NCBI RefSeq assembly: GCF_000195855.1
Contig: NC_002677.1
Coordinates: 1,800,001-1,832,000 of the forward strand
Length of the DNA: 32,000 nt
Source: Mycobacterium leprae TN
GTDB taxonomy: Bacteria; Actinomycetota; Actinomycetes; Mycobacteriales; Mycobacteriaceae
Reading direction: 5' to 3'
Shown here piece after piece: positions 22,300-32,000 of this stretch. The position numbers were made by a program, and so were the translations under genes. Position 1 is the stretch's first letter. Each line of letters begins with the position of its first letter. The notes under the pieces are model-generated. The model searched no databases and was not told the DNA's origin. It saw only the letters and a list, made by a program, of their open reading frames with translations.

Positions 22300-22740
22300 A
22301 TAGACATGTGTGCTGGCCAAGAAGTACAGTCCCGAACAAATTGTGGGGGTGTTGGCCCAAAACCTATCCCGACCGGCCCGAAAGATGCAGGTGTCCTATA
22401 AAACACTTCAACATCGAGTCCAAGCTCAACCAACATGTGCGCACTGGGTGGATGTTCCGCACGCTGAGGGCACAGCACGCTAAAACCGGGCACCACCATT
22501 ATTCTCTAGGTATGGCCACCACCAGTGCACGTCCCGCGAAAACTACACGACCGTGTGGTGCTCTAACCTCATAGCATTGGGCGGATGATGTAATCATCGG
22601 CAAAAATTAGACCCCCAAATCGGCGCCCTGGCCGAACACAAGTAGCGGATTCGTGCAGCTGCTACACCTATCCAAGGACCACAGCACTGATGTGATCACT
22701 GCGGCCATGATCAACCACAAGACAACGCCCTACCACAGAA
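22300..22740 (+). pseudogene. IS30-family transposase pseudogene (core region)
   Basis: LAKKYSPEQIVGVLAQNLSRPARKMQVSYKTLQ..., HVRTG...AQHAKTG...MATTSARPA, then HWADDVIIGKN*...GFVQLLHLSKDHSTDVITAAM, resembling IS30 'W/YSPEQI.G.L...VS.ETIYQ...', 'MVNISERPAE', 'GHWEGDLIIGK..SAIGTLVERT.RFV.LLHLP.DH'. Confidence 0.75.
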
Positions 22741-22858
22741 TCGCTGTACAACCCCAGCGTGAGACCAAGACCTCGAAACGACTCTCATACCCGCATCACC
22801 ACGGCATCGATACCGACCTTTGCGACCTGACGCACCGACCCGCCAATACACTGACCCA

Positions 22859-22910
22859 CCACCCTTTACTCCACCCCCACAACAGAACATGCACACAAAG
22901 TACAATTCAA
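22859..22910. repeat. Right arm of 52-bp perfect inverted repeat
   Basis: Exact reverse complement of 21976-22027. Confidence 0.98.
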
Positions 22911-22930
22911 TAGTGCGCGCCCAGATAACC

Positions 22931-24607
22931 TCAAACCTCGATCACCGTCGGCACGATCATCGGCTGCCGACGGTAGGTTTCACCTACCCATTTGCCAATG
23001 GCGCGGCGCACGGCCTGGGCGATCTTGCTCGGGTCGGTCACGTTCTCGGCGAGCAGCGACTCCAGCTCTGCCTCGACCTTGCGAACTGCAGGCTCAAGCG
23101 CTTTGGGGTCTTCGGAAAATCCTCGTGAATACAGTTGCGGCACAGTAACTGGACGCCCAGTGCTGCGCTTCACCACCACCGTGACCGCGACAAAACCCGA
23201 CGACAAGATAAGCCGCTCACCCAGGATAACATCGCCGACATCGCCGGTAATCAGCCCATCGACAAACATCTTGCCGACCGGCACCGCTCCGGAGACCGAC
23301 GCCTTACCAGCAACCAGGTCGACACTGACGCCGTTCTCGGCGATCAAGATTGAATCCTCCGGCACCCCGGTGCTGGCAGCCAGCTTAGCGTTAGCGCGAA
23401 GCATCCGCCAAGTACCGTGCACCGGCATAACCTGACGCGGCCGCACGCCGTTGTACAAGAACAGCAGCTCACCAGCGTAGGCGTGGCCCGAAACATGGAC
23501 CCGGGCTTGGGCATTGGTGACAACTCGAGCTCCAATCTTGGCGAGCGCGTCGATGACACCGTAGACCGCCTCCTCGTTGCCAGGGATCAGCGATGATGAC
23601 AACACGACGAGGTCACCCGAGGTCAGCGTGATGCTCTGATGCTCGCCGCGTGACATCCGCGACAACGCCGACATCGGCTCACCTTGGGTGCCAGTGGTAA
23701 TCAACACTACCTGTTCTGGTGCCATCATCTCGGCAGCGGCGATGTCAATCATATGGGAATCGTCTACTCGTAGAAATCCGAGGTCACGCGCGATGCTCAT
23801 ATTGCGGACCATCGACCGTCCGACGAACGACACCCGCCGGCCCAATGCCACTGCAGCATCTATAACCTGCTGCACCCGGTCCACATTGGAAGCAAAACAC
23901 GCCACGATGACACGGCCATCAGCCCCCTGAATCAGCCTATGCAGTGTCGGACCCACCTCGCTTTCACTAGGCCCGACGCCGGGTATCTCGGCATTGGTTG
24001 AGTCGCACAGGAAAAGGTCTACACCAGCGTCACCCAGCCGGGACATGCCTGGCAAGTCGGTAGGGCGGCCGTCGAGCGGCAATTGATCGAGCTTGATGTC
24101 TCCGGTGTGCAATACCGTTCCCGCGCCCGTGTAGACCGCGATAGTAAGTGCGTCCGGTATGGAATGGTTGACGGCGAAATACTCGCACTCGAACACACCG
24201 TGCCGAGAGCTCTGCCCCCCGACGACTTCGACAAACACCGGTTTGATGCGGTGTTCACGGCATTTCGCGGCGACCAAGGCCAAGGTGAACTTCGAGCCGA
24301 CTACCGGGATATCAGACCGCAACTTGAGCAAGAACGGGATTGCGCCGATGTGATCCTCGTGCGCGTGTGTCAACACGAGCGCCTCGATATCGTCGAGCCG
24401 GTCTTCGATATGGCGCAGGTCCGGCAGGATCAGGTCGACACCGGGCTCGTCGTGGCCGGGGAACAGCACGCCGCAGTCGATGATCAGCAACCGGCCCAGA
24501 TGCTCGAAAATCGTCATATTGCGGCCGATTTCGCTGATGCCTCCCAACGCTGTAACCCTCAACCCACCTGAGGCCAGCGGACCTGGCGGGGCCAGGGCTA
24601 CATCCAC
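22931..24607 (-). CDS. rnj: Ribonuclease J (metallo-beta-lactamase/beta-CASP), 558 aa
   Basis: GGISEIGRNMTIFEHLGRLLIIDCGVLFPG, THAHEDHIGAIPF, HTGDIKLD, HVSGHAYAGE, PVHGTWRML motifs; full-length ORF. Confidence 0.94.
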   Translation of the reverse strand: MDVALAPPGPLASGGLRVTALGGISEIGRNMTIFEHLGRLLIIDCGVLFPGHDEPGVDLILPDLRHIEDRLDDIEALVLTHAHEDHIGAIPFLLKLRSDIPVVGSKFTLALVAAKCREHRIKPVFVEVVGGQSSRHGVFECEYFAVNHSIPDALTIAVYTGAGTVLHTGDIKLDQLPLDGRPTDLPGMSRLGDAGVDLFLCDSTNAEIPGVGPSESEVGPTLHRLIQGADGRVIVACFASNVDRVQQVIDAAVALGRRVSFVGRSMVRNMSIARDLGFLRVDDSHMIDIAAAEMMAPEQVVLITTGTQGEPMSALSRMSRGEHQSITLTSGDLVVLSSSLIPGNEEAVYGVIDALAKIGARVVTNAQARVHVSGHAYAGELLFLYNGVRPRQVMPVHGTWRMLRANAKLAASTGVPEDSILIAENGVSVDLVAGKASVSGAVPVGKMFVDGLITGDVGDVILGERLILSSGFVAVTVVVKRSTGRPVTVPQLYSRGFSEDPKALEPAVRKVEAELESLLAENVTDPSKIAQAVRRAIGKWVGETYRRQPMIVPTVIEV

Positions 24608-24626
24608 TTGTTAGCCACCTTTTAGT

Positions 24627-25538
<912 letters not shown>

Positions 25539-25644
25539 TTACCTGGCGATGCCAAGCTTTCAGCAACCGCGCAAGGGCGCGTGTTTGTCCAGCAACACGC
25601 CGCCTGAGTTGTACCTCCACGGACGCTGGCGACGGCCCTAGGAA

Positions 25645-26409
25645 TCAAGCTTCGGTGGCTAAAGGACTAGTTGCGACCTCAGTACCATCAGCAAGTGCGG
25701 TGATCTCGAAATCAGCGAATACTGCGGGCGCAACGTCGACGAGCCGGCGCAGGCAGACAATGGCCAGCCGCCGGATTTCGACGTCGGCGTGCTCGCTGGC
25801 CCGCATGGCGATGAAGTGCCGCCATGCCCGGTAGTTCCCGGTCACAACGATCCGGGTCTCGTTGGCGTTGGGCAGCACCGCGTGGGCAGCTTGGCGAGCT
25901 TGCTTGCGCCGCAACACCGCCCTATTCCCGCCGAGCTCACCGGCCATTAACTTGGCGTTCAGCTTGACCAGCAGTTCAGTGTAGGTGGCCCGGCTGGCCT
26001 CTACGGCCGCAATCAGAATCTGTTGAAGTTCGTCGTCATCCTCCATGTCCGGTGGCACAACGACCTGGGCATCCTTTTCCGGCACGTAGCGCTGCGACAG
26101 CTGAGAGTAGGAGAAATGCCGATGTCGGATCAGCTCGTGAGTGCATGATCGCGAGATGCCGCTGATATAGAACGAAACGCTGGCATGCTCGAGCACCGCA
26201 ACATGCCCGACGTCAATGATGTGTTTAATGTACGCGGCGTTGGTCGCGGTCCGGGGATTGGGCTTCGACCAGCTCTGATAACAGGCGCGACCGGCGAATT
26301 CGACCAGCGCGGAACCACCGTCGGCGTCGGTAGTCCACGACACGTCAGGAGGCGCCAGAAACTCAGTCTTGGCAATTAGTTGCACGCGTAGCGGCGCGAT
26401 CTGGGCCAC
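25645..26409 (-). CDS. thyX: Flavin-dependent thymidylate synthase ThyX, ~254 aa
   Basis: Signature [44 protein letters not shown]; start placed at GTG 26409 (alternative GTG 26418; ORF opens at 26469). Confidence 0.93.
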   Translation of the reverse strand: MAQIAPLRVQLIAKTEFLAPPDVSWTTDADGGSALVEFAGRACYQSWSKPNPRTATNAAYIKHIIDVGHVAVLEHASVSFYISGISRSCTHELIRHRHFSYSQLSQRYVPEKDAQVVVPPDMEDDDELQQILIAAVEASRATYTELLVKLNAKLMAGELGGNRAVLRRKQARQAAHAVLPNANETRIVVTGNYRAWRHFIAMRASEHADVEIRRLAIVCLRRLVDVAPAVFADFEITALADGTEVATSPLATEA

Positions 26410-26489
26410 AGCACTCACCTTAGCCAGGGGCGATGCACGCTGTAGAGCGACACGAGAAACGCCCGGCAATCAGGCCGGGTCCGGGCCAA

Positions 26490-27660
26490 GTTCTCTACGG
26501 AACTTGCGTAGCAGCAGCGCTGCGGTAGCTACAAAGCCTGTGCTGCCCCCGATCCATACCCTGGGGGTACACCGCCCGCCGAAAAACCAACAATAGCGTC
26601 ATCGGTAATCCGATCACCCAATATCTGATCGTGGATGCTCGTACTCCCGTCCAAGTGATCCCGATCCCCCAGAGCAACCCGACAGCAACGTTTTGCATGA
26701 ATACCACCCTTGGCTAGGCTATGGGCAAAGAATAGGAAAACTTGGACAGCAACATCATGGCCTAGGCTGCAACAGGATCGAGAAATGGCCGCAGCATCCA
26801 GATTGGTGTTGTCAAGTAAAGCATTCCGATTGTGACCGTGGTGATCGCACCAAAAACCAACACAACTGCAGCAACCTGGTGGACCCGCTCTCGGTTGCCT
26901 TGGCCAAGAACACGGCTGATCGGAATTGACGATGCCTGAGACAAACCGATGCTGATTTGGAAGACGATGCGTGTAAAATTAAGTAACCAAATTAAACGCG
27001 GCCAGCATAACGAGGCCTGAGACCCTCATCACCACAGTTAGGGAGGTGAAACCGGGTCTGAGCTGTAAGTCAACGAGATAGGGAGCCGAGAAGTAAAATC
27101 TTACGAGCCGTTGCAATGTGGGCATTCCAGCCATCTACCGCTAGTAACGAGGCAAGTTGATCGTCCCGAGGCAGCAAAGTGTAATACACACCAACCGTGA
27201 AAACCTGCACAAGCGTTGTGGCCAAAACGATTCCCACCAAACCGATCTTCGGAAAGCTAGTAACTCCGCGAATGAACGCAATGTCTAGTTCCACGTTGGC
27301 TGCGACTACAACGACGCTGAACACTAACGACGCCCCGGGGCTGCGCATGCCAACTGGGAACTGACGCAATACATGCAATACATTGAGCCACACCCTCGAT
27401 ACCAGCCCGGGATCCATCGCGATCATAATTAACCTTGCCAGCGCCAGCGCGTTCCTAATCCACGCTGAGGAGTGGCAAGAGGTAGCCGAGTGCGATGAGC
27501 GCTGCTCCCCTAGCAGCACAGCAGTAGCGGCCTCCACCAAGCCAGACCACCGCCAGCAATAGCTGGCACGCTGATCAGCCCATCATGGCCAACTCAGTGG
27601 TGATCAACGCCGCTTGGGAGAACTGGACTGTAGCAGATCAATACCGCCAACGTGGTAATT
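26490..27660 (-). pseudogene. MATE-family efflux transporter pseudogene
   Basis: Ordered reverse-strand remnants: NVELDIAFIRGVTSFPKIGLVGIVLATTLVQVFTVGVYYTLL (27070-27540), SSIPISRVLGQGNRERVHQVAAVVLVFGAITTVTIGMLYLTTP (26762-26944), GVRASTIRYWVIGLPMTLLLVF...STGFVATAALLLRKFRREL (~26480-26700). Confidence 0.65.
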
Positions 27661-28989
27661 TGCCGACCGGCGCACACCATGTCAACAGGACGCGCGCTGC
27701 CAATTTTATCCGGTGGAGCATCACGCATAGTTGATAGCAGTTTTCATCAAGTTGCCCGTGCAATTTACTTGATTACCGTGATTCATCACAATTTTGGAAG
27801 AAATTCTGAGTCCATGGAACTCTGATTCGTGCTTATCCATCCGATAGCAAGCCGTATTCGGGTACGGTTAGCAAGTCGCCATGGCGTAGTTCCCGTGGCA
27901 GCACAACTTGCGCCAGGTCAACACGTCGTACTCTAGGCAGCTGGCTCCGCACACACAGCTACAAACCGGACCTGCCAACTGACCGTCGCCGATCTCTTTT
28001 GCCGACCACAAGATCGGATCGGTCAGGAACTCGCTAAATTTCCACTACTCCGACAAGATCATGCTCAACCCGCGAACGATGATGATCCTGTAATCGCTGC
28101 TTCGCTTGACGCCCTCGATGAGGAAAACTGTGACCCCTGAGCGATCAAGTAATACAATATCCGCCCCGATTCCATGAGCAGCTTGGTACCTGTTTTGATG
28201 AACTTCTCTCCTGACCGTTGCTGAAAAGCAACCAGTTTAGCCGCACAAATCGGGGCCAACATGCCCGTACCGGTCGGCGCCCGACGGTAGGGATACCACC
28301 TGAGCTAACTACTTTCCTGCATGAAATCCGACTCGTTACTGTTAGACAAGAAACGCGCCCATGTCTCCGACTCGAAAGAGTTGACCGCAAACCCACCTCC
28401 GATGGAGATGGAGTTCGCTGCTAGCCCATGCACGCATCGACCAGACGGTCAAGCAAATGGTTGGCCAGCTGTGAGCGCGGCTGAACCTCGCATCCGCTGA
28501 GAAAAAAGAGAATCCCTATTTCTATCTATACTCGATGCCGGTGTGCAGCACATCGACTTAAGGCGATACCCATCTCATCGTGATCAAAGCCAAATCTGCT
28601 GTCGGGATTTGCCTATGGGAGCACGTGCCAGCAGGATGTGCCCACGTTCGCGGTATGGCACCAGTGTGAGCATCCAGTAAAGCTCATCCAAGGCGTCGAT
28701 TGCGATGAGACAATCATAGCTAGCGGCCAGCCATAGCAGTCGTTCACTTTTGGCCGACCCGGTAACCACAAAGTCGGTTCCGAGCACACGACAGGAAAGT
28801 GCACCTCGACGCTGGTAACGTCGACCCCCACCTCCGCCTTTGGCGCCTAGCCAGCCGAGGCACAAACGACTTCTTAAACCGCGTCACTGGCTATCGTCCG
28901 ATCCTGGACCCAGACCGGTCCGAACAGCATGAAAGGGAGCAGTCATCACGTAAGGTTGCCAGCTGAATAGACTCAGTACGTCGCTCATA

Positions 28990-29985
28990 ACACAGTGCGC
29001 CTAAGTACACGAGCATCCGCGACTGTTCGGGAGCCAAACGGCGCACATATCGCACCAAACTTGAGGAGTTCCTGCGGTTGAATACGTTTGGTGACTTCCT
29101 GCGGTACCCGCGGTGTGCTGTCGCAAGGTTCGCACGACATCAGATTGCCGTATCGCTGACCACAGCATCAACGTATCGACGCCAGTTGGCCCTAGCACCA
29201 AGAAATTCGACACTCAACTAATACCATGTACGACATCAGAGTCACCACATTTCAGATTAGCGGAATTCTCGAATTCAGCTTCGCAAACAACACGCACGGC
29301 TCCAACAAGACGAACTTGCCGATCGTAACAGCTACGGTGGCGACTATTTTCGGTTTCACACCGTCGTCAAATTCCGGAAAGCTGAAATGGGCAACCACAT
29401 AGTCGAATCCGCCCACGTTGAGAAACACCGTCGACCGACTTTCCGAGTCAGACAACGGCACGTACTAAGAGACCGACTCGACAGTAGTAAGCATTAAGAT
29501 CTCGGCAGAAACAATAACGCCTTGGTTACCGGAAATTTTGTCATCGAGAACGCCGAGCAGCTCCGAAAAATTTTTCCGTTGCGACGTTGCGATCGCATTG
29601 ATTGACAAGTCGCACAGAATCCGCTAGTTGAGCAGTGATTGGCCGGATTCTTCCCGGCGTTCATTGAGTCGGCAAGTCCGCAACACGTAGTACCAGTATC
29701 GCATCTCTATGGCTATCATCTGCCCAGCAAATCAGTGCGTCATCGGTAACCCAGAAATCGGATTCGCAGTAGTGCAAGCTAACGCAATATGACCCAATAC
29801 GACCCACGACTATGAGCAGGACACGGGCATTGCACTGCGCAGAATAGCCTATAACCGCGTTGATGCCATAAACTGGATAACGATCACCTGACTTGCGCGC
29901 CAGCGAAGTATACCCCTTGTTGAAGTCGCGGTAATCACCCAGTCTGACCTTTCACCGCAGGCGCTCTACCTACTCGCGCAACATC
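28990..29985 (-). pseudogene. hsdS: Type I restriction-modification specificity subunit HsdS pseudogene
   Basis: YPVYGINAVIGYSAQCNARVLLIVVGRIGSYCVSLHYCESDFWVTDDA (first TRD-like), SELLGVLDDKI(S)..., FSFPEFDDGVKPKIVATVAVTIGKFVLLEPCVLFAKLNSRIPLI, AGTAGSHQ(T)... in several frames. Confidence 0.78.
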
Positions 29986-31137
29986 CATTCCAACCGCGCT
30001 AATTCGTCACGCTCCGCCATCAGATCCTCTGCCAACCGTGCGACTTTCTCGACGACTGGCTCACCCGTCATTTTAAGTCACCAGAGTTCCCAAATACCGT
30101 ACCGTCGTAATAGGCGTACCTTGAGGCTCTAATGTCATCCAACGACACGGATCTATAGAATCATAGGAAAACACTGTTAGATAAGGTCTTTCGCGGACGC
30201 TGATCTCGGCTCTCACCATACGTGGTAAGTACCGTCAATACGGGCAACTTCATCGTCTGTCAATGCACGTTCAGCGAGATCCAACAGATAGCCGAGCCCG
30301 CACGCGTCGATAAACAGCACCTGCCCGGATCTATCCAAGCCATACGTTTTGTCCATCGCGAAAACCACAGGAAAACCGGAATCCCGGTGCCGAGAAACAG
30401 CTATGCGGGCTTGCTTGATCATTGATAAACATGTTCGCCCTACCGCACGCCATCGTTATTGTCGAGGTTCATCTGTGCTATCCGCCAGGTCTGCTCGGCG
30501 CTTTCCCGCCCGTAGATAGCAACATCCGTCGGACTGCCGCCGTGATCACAGATGAACCTCTCGGTCTGCACTAGCACGTCGCCCAAGCCACAGCACAGGT
30601 CATACACCCGACCGCTGGATGGTTCGAGAATCTTGACAATTACCGTCACAACACTGGATGGAACGAAGAATTCGCCGCTACGCCATCCTTACTGTGTGAG
30701 CTAATTTCCCAAAAAGTTACTTGTCCATCTCCCCCATCAGGCCACGCGCGACACCTGCCATGCAGGCTGAACCGTACACTGCCAAGCAACTCGACCAACT
30801 CACCCAGCCCAGGCTGGTCAACGGTCGTATATATCTGCGAAAAAGTACCAACCAGCTCCGGATTAGCCGTCACTATAGCGTCCATTGCCTCATCGATGAG
30901 CTGGCCGATGTTCTTGTCTTTTGTGTTGTACGCCAAAAATTTCCAGTGCTCGGATGACGGCACAGCAAACACGTCTTCGGCTCGTTCGTCATCAGCGAAA
31001 GAAATGTATTTGAAAAATACCAAAATAAGGATTACACACTTGTATTAGTTGGCAGGTAGCGACACACGCAACTTGTCCACGGCCTTCCAAAGCGCGTCAT
31101 TGATTTCTTGTACCGTCGACGGTGCCTCCGGATCGTG
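29985..31137 (-). pseudogene. hsdM: Type I DNA methyltransferase HsdM pseudogene
   Basis: MAPGKKHDPEAPSTVQEINDALWKAVDKLRVSLPA; ERAEDVFAVPSSEHWKFLAYNTKDKNIGQLIDEAMDAI...; GRVYDLCCGLGDVLVQTERFICDHGGSPTDVAIYGRESAEQTWRIAQMNL; GQVLFIDACGLGYLLDLAERALTDDEVARIDGTYHVW; C-term PVVEKVARLAEDLMAERDELARLEWMLRE. Confidence 0.88.
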
Positions 31138-31259
31138 TTTCTTGCCTGGAGCCATCCAGCGAGTTCCTTTCTATCTTGCTTCGCAGATTAGTTGCATTCA
31201 ATTGCGCGTAACTTGCCAGCCAAATCGCTCCGTCGGGACACAGTGACACCATCCCAGCT

Positions 31260-31990
31260 AGGACGCCCATCTACTCCAGCTCGCTGGCTAGCGCCGTGTT
31301 AACCCAACTACCCAGTACTTGGTTGGCATGCTGGTCATCAAAGAACACACCCATGACACGCAAAAGGGTTGCAGGCTCGGTCGACCGCGAGGTCAACACG
31401 CGCGGCCAACCGGCCGTTTAGCAGCAGCGACCACAAATATATAGCTGTACTGGCGTTTAACCGCTGATGTGTAGATCTCGATGCAGTAGCGAAAGCCGAA
31501 CAGCCACTCCACCCACTGCCAAAAGAAGATCACCGGGTCGAACAGACACAGCAGAGCGGTGCCACGGTCAACGCGTGGCACCGCTTTCGCTGTGTCGCAA
31601 ATATGCCTTGCGCCGACCCCCTGGACAGTGACCGATTCAATCTCACCGGCCGCCACCAGCTCAGCGACACCCAACTTAACCTACTCTCAACCTACCCGGA
31701 AGTAGTCGCGGATGTCGGCTTCAGTACCCATAACTCAGTGCGGTGGCGGTCCGCCGCGTCAACTCACGAACAGCCACGTCGTCAACCTCCCGGGCCCACG
31801 CACTGGCCGGCAACACCCTTTCCACCAAATCCTTAGTGACGAGCTAAACCCACCCAGGTAACTGTGGTGAGCATCCCGAAGGCAAACAGCGGTTCGACAA
31901 CCCACTTAGTGTCGCTGCGATTCTACCAGGAACCCGTTGATGAGCGTGGTGCGGCGGCCAAATGCGCCTCGATCGGCCCTCGGTACTGGG
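31260..31990 (-). pseudogene. YcaQ/AlkX-like winged-helix DNA glycosylase family pseudogene; may extend beyond window
   Basis: GTEADIRDYFRVG and ORF 31393-31674: MGVAELVAAGEIESVTVQGVGA...VPRVDRGTALLCLFDPVIFFWQWVEWLFGFRYCIEIYTSAVKRQYSYIFVV, matching 'LLSPFDPVVW.R.R.ERLFGF.YRIEIYVPA.KR.YGYY' of the YcaQ family. Confidence 0.72.
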
Positions 31991-32000
31991 TCAAAGCTCG

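Larger units (their letters stand above)
21976..22910 (+). mobile_element. Degenerate IS30-family insertion-sequence remnant bounded by perfect 52-bp inverted repeat
   Basis: IR arms 21976-22027 and 22859-22910 (TTGAATTGTACTTTGTGTGCATGTTCTGTTGTGGGGGTGGAGTAAAGGGTGG and its exact reverse complement); interior carries IS30-type transposase fragments (see below). Whether the IR equals the true IS ends is not established. Confidence 0.7.

Noticed and set aside
22711-22905. Cys/Gly-rich peptide ORF MYFVCMFCCGGGVKGGG...
   Set aside because: Generated by the right inverted-repeat arm; its start is not supported by any coding evidence.
28990-31990. hsdS-hsdM-YcaQ cluster as a possible functional defence island
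   Set aside because: All three coding regions are broken by multiple stops and frameshifts; retained only as fossils.

Overview
Window from a reductively evolving mycobacterial genome of the leprosy-bacillus type (M. leprae / M. lepromatosis lineage; I cannot separate the two without a search). Genes with intact reading frames sit between long, heavily decayed gene remnants. In inverted orientation relative to M. tuberculosis, the left ~22 kb follows the order fbiC - PE pseudogene - Rv1171-like - mshB - TetR pseudogene - lpqW - typA - narI/J/H/G pseudogenes - mutT2 pseudogene - Rv1159A-like PCD - pimE - two secreted Ala/Pro-rich proteins - HhH-GPD glycosylase pseudogene - Rv1155-like - DUF1697 pseudogene - GntR pseudogene - sirtuin (Rv1151c-like). 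A ~0.9 kb segment with a degenerate IS30-family transposase, bounded by a perfect 52-bp inverted repeat (21976-22027 / 22859-22910), lies at the junction with a second block: rnj - dapA - thyX (Rv2752c-Rv2754c order) - MATE transporter pseudogene - type I R-M remnants (hsdS, hsdM) - YcaQ-like winged-helix protein pseudogene. I found no clearly new functional system. The most unusual signals are the perfect 52-bp inverted repeat around a decayed transposase at a synteny breakpoint, and a perfect 20-bp-arm palindrome inside the decayed HhH-GPD gene. Product names come from recalled family motifs and gene order; no database search was run.
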